Source: a bacterium (GTDB lineage: Bacteria > Patescibacteriota > Patescibacteriia > Patescibacteriales > UBA12465). From it: 64,000 bases of DNA. Positions 36,626 to 45,886 of the stretch are shown piece by piece; within the stretch, counting starts at the first letter, position 1; each line of letters begins with the position of its first letter. The DNA lies in NCBI GenBank assembly GCA_030696105.1, contig JAUYNJ010000002.1:3764-67763 (forward strand), written 5' to 3'. The position numbers and the translations under genes are program-made. The notes under the pieces are model-generated. The model saw nothing but the letters and a program-made list of their open reading frames with translations, did no database searches and was not told where the DNA came from.

Positions 36626-36743
36626 TCTTTTTCTTGTTTTGAAAATTATACAAAAGCTGCGCTGTAAGCGCGGTTTTTGTTTACAGCAGACAGTTCATTA
36701 ATAATTTTACGTGTCTTCAGGCCTAATCTGCTACACTGTGCCT

Positions 36744-37577
36744 ATGCGAAAATATTTATTCTATCTTTTTGCCTTCTCTCTTTGTGTAATTGTATGTCTT
36801 CCGCAACAAACGTCTGGGCCGGAGGCAATATTTTTTGATGTGGGCCAAGGTGACGCCTTTGCTTTGCGTACTCCCGGTAAACAAATTATCTTGGTTGATG
36901 GCGGGCCGGATAATTTACTTCTACCGCAGCTTGGGCAATGGCTCGGTTACCAAGAGCGTGAAATTGATTATATGATTCTGTCTCATGATCACGCCGATCA
37001 CGCCTCTGCTTTACCTGAAATTGCTGAACGGTACAAAGTGATGCGCGCTATTTTACCTGTTCCGACTGAGAGCAGTGACTCATCGGCACTTATTTCTGCA
37101 CTCAAACGAAGTGATAGTGAAATTATACAGGTGAATGAAAGTGCCTGCTTTGATTTAGAAATTAATTGTCGACTATGTGTCTTGTCGCCGGGGGGCGAGT
37201 TTGCGGAAGCGAAAGACTTGAATGAATCTTCACTGGCCCTGCATATCCGCTGTGCTGGTTTATCGATAGTTGCAGCCGGTGACGCCACGAAAGATCTTGA
37301 GCAATCATATTTACCTAAATTTAGCGATTGGCAGGCAGACGTGTTCAAAGCCTCGCATCATGGCGCTAATACATCAAATGACGATTCATTTCTGACTGCT
37401 GTGAATCCGGAGATAATGGTAATTTCTGTAGGATTAAACAATTCTTATGGACATCCCTCGCCGTCTGTTATCAACAGGGCGAAGAATCAAGGGGTCCGTA
37501 TATGGCGTACAGACCACCAGGGTTCAGTCAAAATTTATGCTAAAAACAGGGAATTATTCATTGAAAGTTGGCCTTAA
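36744..37577 (+). CDS. ComEC/Rec2-related metallo-beta-lactamase domain protein (stand-alone, signal-anchored)
   Basis: FFDVGQGDAFALRTPGKQIILVDGG, LSHDHADHASAL, ASHHGANTS. The ORF track starts at a GTG at 36711; the ATG at 36744 (MRKYLFYLF) is the likelier start. Confidence 0.75.
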   Translation: MRKYLFYLFAFSLCVIVCLPQQTSGPEAIFFDVGQGDAFALRTPGKQIILVDGGPDNLLLPQLGQWLGYQEREIDYMILSHDHADHASALPEIAERYKVMRAILPVPTESSDSSALISALKRSDSEIIQVNESACFDLEINCRLCVLSPGGEFAEAKDLNESSLALHIRCAGLSIVAAGDATKDLEQSYLPKFSDWQADVFKASHHGANTSNDDSFLTAVNPEIMVISVGLNNSYGHPSPSVINRAKNQGVRIWRTDHQGSVKIYAKNRELFIESWP

Positions 37578-37610
37578 TATTGATACAGATTAGGCCTGTG
37601 GATAAGCTTA

Positions 37611-37638
37611 TTGACAAGATAGTTTTAATGTGATAAAT
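37611..37638 (+). promoter_or_regulatory. Promoter of the candidate sRNA
   Basis: TTGACA (37611..37616), a 16-nt spacer, then ATAAAT (37633..37638) preceded by TG. A perfect DnaA-box 9-mer TGTGGATAA lies at 37597..37605. Confidence 0.5.
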
Positions 37639-37644
37639 TACTTA

Positions 37645-37822
37645 GTTGCTTAATCGATCAAAAAGGCCGTTTAGAACGGGTCAGGCACGACAAGCATGGG
37701 GACTTTCTCACTAGGGTTTTCTGGGCCACCACTGTCGCTTATAAATGTATAGGCGCTAATGGTGGTCTCGGCAATGCCTAGGAGAAATTTTCTTGCCTAC
37801 CCGTTTTAGCCGGTCTTTTTTT
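37645..37822 (+). ncRNA. Candidate structured small RNA (rod-like, unknown family)
   Basis: The region is free of + strand ORFs and has its own promoter. Nested helices: 37676-81/37799-804, 37684-87/37794-97, 37704-09/37782-87, 37711-15/37777-81, 37723-31/37760-68, and an apical hairpin 37736-43/37748-55. Four G-U pairs are valid only on the + strand. The closing helix is followed by T7 (37816..37822). Confidence 0.4.
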
Positions 37823-37826
37823 ATAC

Positions 37827-37854
37827 AAAAACCCATCGTGCAAACGATGGGTTT
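37827..37854. terminator. Bidirectional terminator hairpin
   Basis: AAAACCCATCGT gcaa ACGATGGGTTTT, just downstream of the stop of the minus-strand VanW-like gene. Confidence 0.7.
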
Positions 37855-37865
37855 TAATATTTGTT

Positions 37866-39698
37866 TTAATTACTCGGTGTACTTGTGACGACATCGGGTG
37901 TGGTGGTTGCGCTTGTTTCCGTGTCGACGACAGGCTCAGGAGTTTTGCCGACAAGACAGACTTCTTGCCATGGTACATAGTGAGAGGTGAAGCGGCGCTT
38001 TACTTCGGGAGTTGTCGTTGCTCCTTCTGGATAGATAACGGTGTAATCGAACCAGGCGTCAGCGCCATTGTGTGCCCGCTCGGTACACTTTCTTTCACCG
38101 GGTTTAAGTTCATCGGTTTCAATTATTTTAGTGGGCGGGGGTTTTACAATATTATAGATGACGGGATAAGTAGTGGTGGCGACGCGGCCATCGTTTGTAC
38201 CCCAGAAATCGAAATACAAATCATCACCTTCGACGCGCGCTTGAATAAGTATATTTTTGCCGGTGTCATTAATAAAGCGGAAATCTGGCCACGGGTCATA
38301 AATAGTAGCGTCAGTGCCTGCCGGTTCGTAATATGACACACGGTAGGAATGATTCTGACGAGCAGTAACAGGCAGACCAGTTGATAATACTGAGCGGAAT
38401 AAAGTTGTGCCTACTTGGCAGAGGCCCCCGCCGTATTCAGGTATTGTTTTATTATTCTTAATAACTAACTCAGGCAAGTACCCACCGCTTGCATCAATGT
38501 TTCCGAGTGACTTTACCAGCGAAAATTCTTCTTCCGGCTTTATCACTAGACCGTGTAAGGCTGCAGCGCCAACATCAATGTTGTGTCGTCTATTTTTTGG
38601 TGAACCTGCAAAACTAGAATGACCAGTGCCAAGGATTTCTTTAATGTCGAAGGAGGCGGTTTCGTCTGATGGAATGGTAGTAAAGGCGAGGTCAATAGTT
38701 TGAGGTTCGGTTGCGCCCACGTATTGCTCCAGAATCAAGCGAGAGCTAGTGGCAACTTCAATTTCATAACCCTCTTTTCCTAGTTGCCAACTGCTAACTT
38801 TGTCATTTTCAATTTCAAAGCGAGGTGTTTGTGCTTCGATGTTAACTAGTGGTGCAACGGTATCTTCCAAATATGTTTCTATGCGGGCAAGGTTAAAACC
38901 GAGGGCGAGCTCAGAGCCACTTCTATTCACCGCCAGCCAGCTGGCGATATCACCGCGGCTTACCGGCAATTCCTTTTCTTGAAAAACAAGTGTTAGATCA
39001 GTCGCAGTTAGCTCGTCAGCTTGTTTCTCTAAACCACCCAAATCACGGCGATAAATATCGGGATAATCAGTACGGGTTGTTAGCTCAATTGCAGAACTAT
39101 CAAATGAGCGTAAACGTTTATCGAGTTCTTGAAAAAAATTATCCCAGTCTACTTCTTTGCCCGGACGTTCCTCGGCAATGGCGATGGCTTTATCCGAGAA
39201 GACAAAGGCGGCATCTACGGCAGCGTTAGTGCTGTCGGGGAAAGTTTCAACGATGAAGTCCCGTATCTTTAATTGATTAACAGTGTAAGCAGGCACTAAG
39301 GAGGTGGCGGTATGGCGCAGTTTTCTCAGCCAAGCGCTTAGCCTTGATTGCCTAGTGTGAGCGGCTAGTTTAGTTTCTAAATATGCCACGTCAAACTGGA
39401 AGTTGTTATAAGATAGGCCGGAATCAAAGGATGCGGCAATGGCGGGAAGATCAGCTACTTTGTCGTTATATGCTAAGGCAACCCCCTCGGCTTCAAAGAG
39501 GCGTATCTCGTTCGCAATTTTTGACGCAGCCTCGGAAACGCTTAGACCACTAATAGCAATATTTCCGTAGTAGAAATTATCCGGTAACTTATCGCTGTTA
39601 GTTTTACTAAACAAAAATAGGCTGAGTAATATTAAAAAGACCACCAAAACGGCGATCATTGCGATGACGGGTCGAGTCAGTTTCTTCATATTTTTCAA
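37866..39698 (-). CDS. VanW-family protein with N-terminal membrane anchor
   Basis: 610-aa ORF. TM helix (VIAMIAVLVVFLILLSLFLF) and VanW core motif GGGLCQVGTTLFRSVLSTGLPVTARQNHSY. Confidence 0.8.
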   Translation of the reverse strand: MKNMKKLTRPVIAMIAVLVVFLILLSLFLFSKTNSDKLPDNFYYGNIAISGLSVSEAASKIANEIRLFEAEGVALAYNDKVADLPAIAASFDSGLSYNNFQFDVAYLETKLAAHTRQSRLSAWLRKLRHTATSLVPAYTVNQLKIRDFIVETFPDSTNAAVDAAFVFSDKAIAIAEERPGKEVDWDNFFQELDKRLRSFDSSAIELTTRTDYPDIYRRDLGGLEKQADELTATDLTLVFQEKELPVSRGDIASWLAVNRSGSELALGFNLARIETYLEDTVAPLVNIEAQTPRFEIENDKVSSWQLGKEGYEIEVATSSRLILEQYVGATEPQTIDLAFTTIPSDETASFDIKEILGTGHSSFAGSPKNRRHNIDVGAAALHGLVIKPEEEFSLVKSLGNIDASGGYLPELVIKNNKTIPEYGGGLCQVGTTLFRSVLSTGLPVTARQNHSYRVSYYEPAGTDATIYDPWPDFRFINDTGKNILIQARVEGDDLYFDFWGTNDGRVATTTYPVIYNIVKPPPTKIIETDELKPGERKCTERAHNGADAWFDYTVIYPEGATTTPEVKRRFTSHYVPWQEVCLVGKTPEPVVDTETSATTTPDVVTSTPSN

Positions 39699-39886
39699 TG
39701 GTTATCGGTTTGCAGCAGCTCGTTAAGCAGGCTGGCCTTATCGGTACCGATAGAAAAGTTAAGCTTTTGTCCGATTTCGGGTATCTGGGGCAGCTTTTCT
39801 TTCGGCCAATAAATTATATTGTTCTCGTGATCCTTAAGAATCACTTGGTCATCGCTAAAACCAGCGACTACTAATTCATAATCCAT
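39695..39886 (-). CDS. Small hypothetical protein (DUF3006-like?)
   Basis: 63-aa ORF overlapping the start of the VanW gene by 4 nt. Only a weak resemblance to DUF3006, from memory. Confidence 0.4.
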   Translation of the reverse strand: MDYELVVAGFSDDQVILKDHENNIIYWPKEKLPQIPEIGQKLNFSIGTDKASLLNELLQTDNH

Positions 39887-39887
39887 A

Positions 39888-40304
39888 TTAATCTTTAAAA
39901 TCTATTTTGATATTTTCTGGCTCAACCTTATTAAGAGTGACGGTGAGGACACCATTTTCTAATTTTGCATCAACTTTTCGGCTATCAACTTCGGACGGAA
40001 GAATAATTGAGCGTGAAAAAGGACCCCAGTAACATTCTCGGTAAAGATAATTATCATCGTCCACTGCGTGTGGTTGACTTCTGGTGCCGGAGATTGTGAG
40101 TAAATCGTGATGCAATGAAACTTTTAAATCTTCTGGTTTGGCGCCGGCGATGGTGGACTGAATAACAATTTTCTTATTTGTATGATAAACATCAACTGAA
40201 AGCTGCCCTTCAGAGGCGACGTCTTTTTCCATCCATTCGCTTATTGCCGAAGTGTCTTCATCAGCAATCATGTGGCGTTCTCGGCCAGAAAAAAATTGTA
40301 ACAT
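39888..40304 (-). CDS. Hsp20/alpha-crystallin small heat-shock protein
   Basis: 138-aa ORF with an alpha-crystallin domain (LSVDVYHTNKKIVIQSTIAGAKPEDLKVSLHHDLLTISGTR...AKLENGVLTVTLNKV). Confidence 0.85.
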   Translation of the reverse strand: MLQFFSGRERHMIADEDTSAISEWMEKDVASEGQLSVDVYHTNKKIVIQSTIAGAKPEDLKVSLHHDLLTISGTRSQPHAVDDDNYLYRECYWGPFSRSIILPSEVDSRKVDAKLENGVLTVTLNKVEPENIKIDFKD

Positions 40305-40320
40305 AGAAGTAAAAATAATG

Positions 40321-40394
40321 TGGGCCCGGCCCGACTCGAACGGGCGGCCTTTACGATGTCAACGTAACGCTCTAACCAACTGAGCTACGAGCCC
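40321..40394 (-). tRNA. tRNA-Val (anticodon GAC)
   Basis: Manual cloverleaf: acceptor GGGCTCG/CGGGCCC, anticodon arm TTACG-TTGACAT-CGTAA, T-arm GCCCG-TTCGAGT-CGGGC, discriminator A. Confidence 0.9.
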
Positions 40395-40465
40395 TTTATT
40401 TTCTTATTATATTGTATAGGTGCGAACTTGGCAATACAATCAGTACTTTCCGAACGAATTATACG

Positions 40466-40541
40466 TGGTGCGCCTAGATGGAATTGAACCATCGACCCCC
40501 GCTTTATAAGAGCGGTGCTCTCACCCCTGAGCTATAGGCGC
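40466..40541 (-). tRNA. tRNA-Ile (anticodon TAT) with encoded CCA
   Basis: Manual cloverleaf: acceptor GCGCCTA/TAGGCGC, D-arm GCTC-AGGGGTGA-GAGC, anticodon arm CCGCT-CTTATAA-AGCGG (U33, A37), T-arm GATGG-TTCAATT-CCATC, then ACCA. Confidence 0.8.
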
Positions 40542-40567
40542 CGGTCAAATCTGGTTCTGTTATATCA

Positions 40568-41731
40568 TTAGCCGAAATTTTTATCAAGCTTCGCTTTAAT
40601 TGGAGCTATGACTTCATCGTTCCAATGATCGCTTGAAATATCAATCAAGGCGGTCGCAATTTTATGGTTACCAACTCCTTGCCATACCTTAAGAGCCTCT
40701 ACAGCAGACACACCTTTCGCGGCAAAAGCAGACACACGATAAGAGCCGTCGTGTGGCGAGGCAAAGGCTATGAGAACTAGTTTTGCTTCCGGGACGCCGG
40801 TTAAAATTTCATCAACAATGTCACTTAGGTCAATATTAGCAGTATCGAAGCTCTCAGTTTCTTCAGGGGTGAGCAGCGACCAGAGTAAGCGCTTCTCCTT
40901 GTCACTTTGTAGATTATTTAGAAGCTTGCCCCAGAGCTTAAGCGCTGAGAGCGGCCGTGAGCGATAGAGTTGGCTGATCATCTCTTCGCGGCGAGCACCA
41001 TAGCCAATGAGCTTTGAGCTAGTAAGCAGAGTCCGTGGTGTTAAGTTGGCGGCTTTAAAGTTTTTAGTCTTACTGATAATACCAGCAAGCAGACATGTGG
41101 CCACATCCTCATCGAGACCGCCGTTTTTGTCTTGTTTCAGTAAGTTATAAATAATTTCGGCGCTCGATACAACGTTTAAATCAAGGTAGTTAATCTGTCC
41201 AAATTCTTCATTGCTGGCCTGATGGTCAATATTAATGATTGTCGTCTTGTAAAAAAATTCAACGTTACTATCGTAGATTTGTCCGAGCGATTCGAGATCA
41301 GGGGTGTCAATCACAAAAATTAAATCATGTTTAAAACCGCTAGAGGAGGTGCTGATGTCTTCTGGTTTAAACCAACCCTTTTCAGGGGAGATAATAAAAT
41401 TTAAATGCTGGCCATCAACGCTATATTTAATCTGATTAATAACGGCCTGACTAATGTCTAGCGAGACAATGAATTTACGTAGATTTTTGAGTGAAGTTTG
41501 AATATTATCAAAGCCTGGTAAAAAACTCCAGACAGAGACTGCTTTGTCCTTGTTGTTTTCGTCTGATTCCAGCCAGGCAGCAACTTCAACTTTCTTGCCG
41601 GACTTTTTCAGGAAATTAAAAAGGGCCAAGGATGAAGCGATAGCGTCACCATTCCAGTCAGCGTTAAAGGCGATAAGGATATTTTCTGCCTTCTCAATCT
41701 GTTTATAAATCTGTTCTTCGGGGGTCAACAT
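40568..41731 (-). CDS. DHH-family phosphoesterase (NrnA-like oligoribonuclease/pAp phosphatase)
   Basis: 387-aa ORF. DHH motifs NADWNGDAIASSLAL and INIDHQASN (DHH replaced by DHQ), plus a DHHA1-like C-terminus. Confidence 0.7.
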   Translation of the reverse strand: MLTPEEQIYKQIEKAENILIAFNADWNGDAIASSLALFNFLKKSGKKVEVAAWLESDENNKDKAVSVWSFLPGFDNIQTSLKNLRKFIVSLDISQAVINQIKYSVDGQHLNFIISPEKGWFKPEDISTSSSGFKHDLIFVIDTPDLESLGQIYDSNVEFFYKTTIINIDHQASNEEFGQINYLDLNVVSSAEIIYNLLKQDKNGGLDEDVATCLLAGIISKTKNFKAANLTPRTLLTSSKLIGYGARREEMISQLYRSRPLSALKLWGKLLNNLQSDKEKRLLWSLLTPEETESFDTANIDLSDIVDEILTGVPEAKLVLIAFASPHDGSYRVSAFAAKGVSAVEALKVWQGVGNHKIATALIDISSDHWNDEVIAPIKAKLDKNFG

Positions 41732-41851
41732 GTCACTTCAATTAAGTTAAAAATTTTGTATTTAGCAACCCTTTAATATATAATTAATTTTAGCTAGAGT
41801 CAAGGCAAAATACGGTTGACGCAATGGCATATTTTTGGTAATTTTATAGGT

Positions 41852-44461
41852 ATGAAAAATGAATTAGCTAAAACTTACGATTCTTCATTGTTCGAGGATT
41901 CGATATATACAAAGTGGGAGAAATCCGGCTTTTTTAATCCTGATTTGTCGAATTTACCTGATGACGCTCCAAGTTACACCGTCATCCTTCCTCCCCCCAA
42001 TATTACAGCAAAATTACACATCGGACACAGCGCCATGCTCGCTATTGAGGATTTAATGGTCCGTTTTCACCGTCAAAATGGCTACCGTACCCTCTGGGTT
42101 CCTGGAACTGATCACGCCGCCATCGCAACTCAGAATATGGTGGAAAAGAAACTGATGGCTGAAACCGGTAAAACTCGTCATGACCTGGGTCATGAAGCCT
42201 TCTTACGTGAGGTTGATACTTTTGTTGAAAATACTCAGGCAACAATTCTGAAACAAACCCGTAAAATGGGGGCCTCCTTGGACTGGTCACGCCTCGCTTT
42301 CACTCTCGATGATAAGCGACAAAAGGCTGTTAAGCGCATGTTTCTTGATATGCACCGCGAGGGCGTCATTTACCGTGGGGAGAGAATCGTTAATTGGTGT
42401 CCACGTTGTCAGTCGACTTTGGCTGATGATGAGGTAGAACACAAAGAACAAAAAGCCAAGCTGTACACCTTTAAATATAGCGCTGATTTTCCAATCGCGA
42501 TATCAACGACTCGTCCTGAAACAAAACTCGGTGATACGGGTCTGGCTATAAACCCGAAAGACGAAAGATATATTAAATACATTGGAGAAGATATTGAAAC
42601 CGATTTTTGTGGTTTAAAGTTGAAAATTAAAGTAATCGGCGATCGAAAAGTGGAAATGGATTTTGGCACCGGCGCTTTAGGTGTTACTCCGGCGCACTCA
42701 GCGCTTGATTGGCAAATGGCTGAGGCTGAGAATCTAACAAAAATTAAAGTAATTGATGAGACCGGAATAATTAGAGATAGCTTTGGTGAATTCTCTGGTT
42801 TAAGCACGCTTGAGGCACGAGAGAAAATTGTAGATCGTCTCAATGCTGACGGCTTAATGATTAAGGAAGAAGAAATTGAAAACAATTTGTCTTGTTGCTA
42901 TCGCTGTGGTTCAGTAATAGAACCTTTACCGTCTTTACAGTGGTTTATTTCGGTCGACGCTCCGGTCGCTCGTTTAAACGGACGCTCCATGAAAGAGGCG
43001 GCGCTTGAAGCTGCAAAAAAGAAAGATATAAAGTTTTTACCCGATCGTTTTGAAAAAAGATTTGTTGATTGGATGGAGAATTTATACGATTGGTGTATCT
43101 CCAGACAGATTTGGTTTGGACACAGTATCCCGGCTTGGTATCGCGGCGATGAAACCTACGTTGGCGAATTTGCGCCGGAGGGTGAAGGCTGGATTCAAGA
43201 TGCTGACACACTCGACACTTGGTTTTCTTCCGGCATGTGGACTTTCTCTACGCTTGGTTGGCCCGATACTTTTGAAAATGATATTAAGTCAGGTGATTTA
43301 GCGCGCTTTCATCCTACTCAAGTTCTTGAAACTGGTTACGAAATATTAACCCTCTGGGTTTCACGCATGGTGATGATGTCGATGTTTGCGCTTGGTGAGA
43401 TTCCTTTTGAACATGTTTACTTGCACGGCACAATTTTAGATGCTAAGGGTAAGAAGATGTCAAAATCGAAAGGTAATGGCGTTGATCCGCTTGAGGTTAT
43501 TGAAAAGTATGGCGCGGACGCCGTTCGCCTTTCTTTATTAATGGGCGCAACTCCTGGAAATGATGCCCGCTACAGCGAAGAAAAGGTGGAGTCAAAGAGA
43601 AATTTCATAAATAAGCTTTGGAATATTTCTCGCTTTATTCTTGCCGACCTTAAAGATGAAGATTTGAATCAGTCTTTAGATATTACGCCTACAGCTAAGA
43701 CCTTGGCGGATCGTTGGATATTACAAGAACTAGGCACAACGAGAAAAACCGTTGATGAGTCTATACGCAACTTTGAATTTGCGGCAGCGGCGGACAGTCT
43801 CCATGACTTCACTTGGAACAAGCTGGCTGATTGGTATCTGGAGGTAGCGAAAATTGAAAAAGAAAAGTCGCCTATCCTTATATATATACTGAAGAATGTA
43901 TTAGTTATGTGGCATCCCTTTATTCCTTATGTTACCGAAGCACTTTGGGAGAGTTTTAATGACGACATCTTGATGATGAAGCAATGGCCGGCTGCGCCCG
44001 AGGTAACTGATGGCGCTGATTTTGTCATAATTCAAGAGGCGATTACTGGCATTCGTAATGCCCGCAGTGAAAATAAGATTGAACCGGCCCGCAAGGTGAA
44101 AGCGGTCGTAGTTGGTAACAAGGCAGAATTTTTAGTTGGACAAGCAGCGCTCTTATGCGGTTTGCGCACGGGCGTTGAAACAATTGACTTAGCCGAAGCG
44201 GCGCCAAGTGAGGCTGCGATTAGGGTCGTCTTAGGAGAAACAGAAATATACTTACTCGGCGCTGTTGACCCTGAAAAAGAAAAGGCCCGTTTAACGAAGG
44301 AGAAAGAAAATTTAGAAAAGTTAATTGCGGGCTTAAGTGTTCGTTTGCAGAACCAAGAATTTGTCTCACGTGCACCTGCTCACATCCTTAAAGTTGAACA
44401 AGACAAGTTAGCTCGGTATCAATCTGAGCTGGCAAATATTAATGACGCTCTTAAAGCTTAA
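41852..44461 (+). CDS. valS: Valyl-tRNA synthetase
   Basis: PPPNITAKLHIGH (HIGH), KMSKSKGN, an editing domain and a C-terminal coiled coil. The ORF track starts at a TTG at 41816; the ATG at 41852 (MKNELAKTYD) is the more likely start. Confidence 0.95.
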   Translation: MKNELAKTYDSSLFEDSIYTKWEKSGFFNPDLSNLPDDAPSYTVILPPPNITAKLHIGHSAMLAIEDLMVRFHRQNGYRTLWVPGTDHAAIATQNMVEKKLMAETGKTRHDLGHEAFLREVDTFVENTQATILKQTRKMGASLDWSRLAFTLDDKRQKAVKRMFLDMHREGVIYRGERIVNWCPRCQSTLADDEVEHKEQKAKLYTFKYSADFPIAISTTRPETKLGDTGLAINPKDERYIKYIGEDIETDFCGLKLKIKVIGDRKVEMDFGTGALGVTPAHSALDWQMAEAENLTKIKVIDETGIIRDSFGEFSGLSTLEAREKIVDRLNADGLMIKEEEIENNLSCCYRCGSVIEPLPSLQWFISVDAPVARLNGRSMKEAALEAAKKKDIKFLPDRFEKRFVDWMENLYDWCISRQIWFGHSIPAWYRGDETYVGEFAPEGEGWIQDADTLDTWFSSGMWTFSTLGWPDTFENDIKSGDLARFHPTQVLETGYEILTLWVSRMVMMSMFALGEIPFEHVYLHGTILDAKGKKMSKSKGNGVDPLEVIEKYGADAVRLSLLMGATPGNDARYSEEKVESKRNFINKLWNISRFILADLKDEDLNQSLDITPTAKTLADRWILQELGTTRKTVDESIRNFEFAAAADSLHDFTWNKLADWYLEVAKIEKEKSPILIYILKNVLVMWHPFIPYVTEALWESFNDDILMMKQWPAAPEVTDGADFVIIQEAITGIRNARSENKIEPARKVKAVVVGNKAEFLVGQAALLCGLRTGVETIDLAEAAPSEAAIRVVLGETEIYLLGAVDPEKEKARLTKEKENLEKLIAGLSVRLQNQEFVSRAPAHILKVEQDKLARYQSELANINDALKA

Positions 44462-44466
44462 AGCAT

Positions 44467-44850
44467 ATGACTCTAAAAAACTATTTAATCGTGATGGGCC
44501 TGATGACAGCGGTGTGCTGGGGCATATTTGTTGTCATGTTAAACCTGATTGATCCGACTTCAACGAATTGGCTGGGCTTTGTCCTCTTTTACATCGCTTT
44601 ATTCTTGTCACTTTCTGGCACTGCCGCTCTCGTTGGTTTTGTTATCCGTTTCGTCGCCTTGCAAAGAGAGTTAGCTTTTTATGCCGTGTCCACCGCCTTC
44701 AGACAGTCGTTCCTTTTTTCACTATTTATCGTGATATCCTTGAACCTGCTGCACTTTAGTCTGTTTACCTGGTTAAACGTTATCTTACTGCTTATGATTT
44801 TTGCCATCCTCGAACTGTTTATCGCCAGTTATAAGAAAAGCCGTATTTAA
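44467..44850 (+). CDS. Small polytopic membrane protein (hypothetical)
   Basis: 127-aa ORF with four hydrophobic helices, tightly packed between valS and pheS. Confidence 0.5.
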   Translation: MTLKNYLIVMGLMTAVCWGIFVVMLNLIDPTSTNWLGFVLFYIALFLSLSGTAALVGFVIRFVALQRELAFYAVSTAFRQSFLFSLFIVISLNLLHFSLFTWLNVILLLMIFAILELFIASYKKSRI

Positions 44851-44855
44851 AAAAT

Positions 44856-45881
44856 ATGAAAAATAAATTAGAAAAATTAAGGGATGAGTTTCTTGAAGGT
44901 CTTGCTGATATAAAAGATCTATCCTCGCTTCGTGAGTTGGAGTTAAAGTATATTTCGCGTAAGGGTAAGTTAAGCGGTCTACTTTCGGAACTTAAAGAAA
45001 TCAGTGCCGACTTACGCCGTGAAGCCGGAGAAGCGGCAAACAGCGTGAAACGCGAGATGATGGAAAAATTTGACGAAGTCAGGGCTTCCCTTGAAAAAAA
45101 AGCTGAAGGTGGCTTTGTTGATCCAACGGTTCCAGGAGAAAAGTTTGAAAGCGGTCAGCTCCATCCTATTACTTTGGTGCGCCGCGAACTGGAAGATTTC
45201 TTTGCGACCCTGGGCTTCAGCGTAATGGACGGGCCCGAGCTCGAAAGTGAATTCTATAATTTCGAATCTTTAAATGTGCCGCCTCATCATCCTGCTCGCG
45301 ACATGCAAGATACCTTTTACGTAGATATCAAGAATAAGCAGGGCGAATATGATTTAACCATGCGCACCCAAACTTCTAATGAACAAGTCCGGGCGATGCA
45401 GAAATATGGCGCACCCCTGAAAGCTATTATGCCTGGGCGTGTGTTTAGATGTGAAGCGACTGATGCGCGCCATGAACATACCTTCTATCAACTAGAAGGG
45501 GTTGTGATTGATAAGAATATCAATTTTGGCCACATGAAAAATATTTTAGAAGCGGTTGGTAAAAAACTATACGGGCCTGATACTCAGTTGAGAATGCGTC
45601 CGAAGTTTTACCCCTTCGTTGAACCAGGTTCAAATGGGGAATATACCTGCTTCCTTTGTCAGGGCAAGGGCTGCCGCGTTTGCAAGCAGACTGGGTGGTT
45701 AGAAATCCTTGGTTGTGGCTTAATTCACCCGAACGTTATGCGCGCTGGCGGTATTGATCCAGAGATATATTCTGGCTTTGCCTTTGGCTTTGGGCTTAAC
45801 CGCTTAGTGATGCTTAAGTATGGCATCGATGATATTCGCGTATTTAATAGTGGCGACCTTCGTTTCTTGAAACAATTTTAA
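44856..45881 (+). CDS. pheS: Phenylalanyl-tRNA synthetase alpha subunit
   Basis: 341-aa ORF. Class II motifs (HPARDMQDTFY; FRCEATDARHEHTFYQLEG; GFAFGFGLNRL). Confidence 0.95.
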   Translation: MKNKLEKLRDEFLEGLADIKDLSSLRELELKYISRKGKLSGLLSELKEISADLRREAGEAANSVKREMMEKFDEVRASLEKKAEGGFVDPTVPGEKFESGQLHPITLVRRELEDFFATLGFSVMDGPELESEFYNFESLNVPPHHPARDMQDTFYVDIKNKQGEYDLTMRTQTSNEQVRAMQKYGAPLKAIMPGRVFRCEATDARHEHTFYQLEGVVIDKNINFGHMKNILEAVGKKLYGPDTQLRMRPKFYPFVEPGSNGEYTCFLCQGKGCRVCKQTGWLEILGCGLIHPNVMRAGGIDPEIYSGFAFGFGLNRLVMLKYGIDDIRVFNSGDLRFLKQF

Positions 45882-45886
45882 AGATT

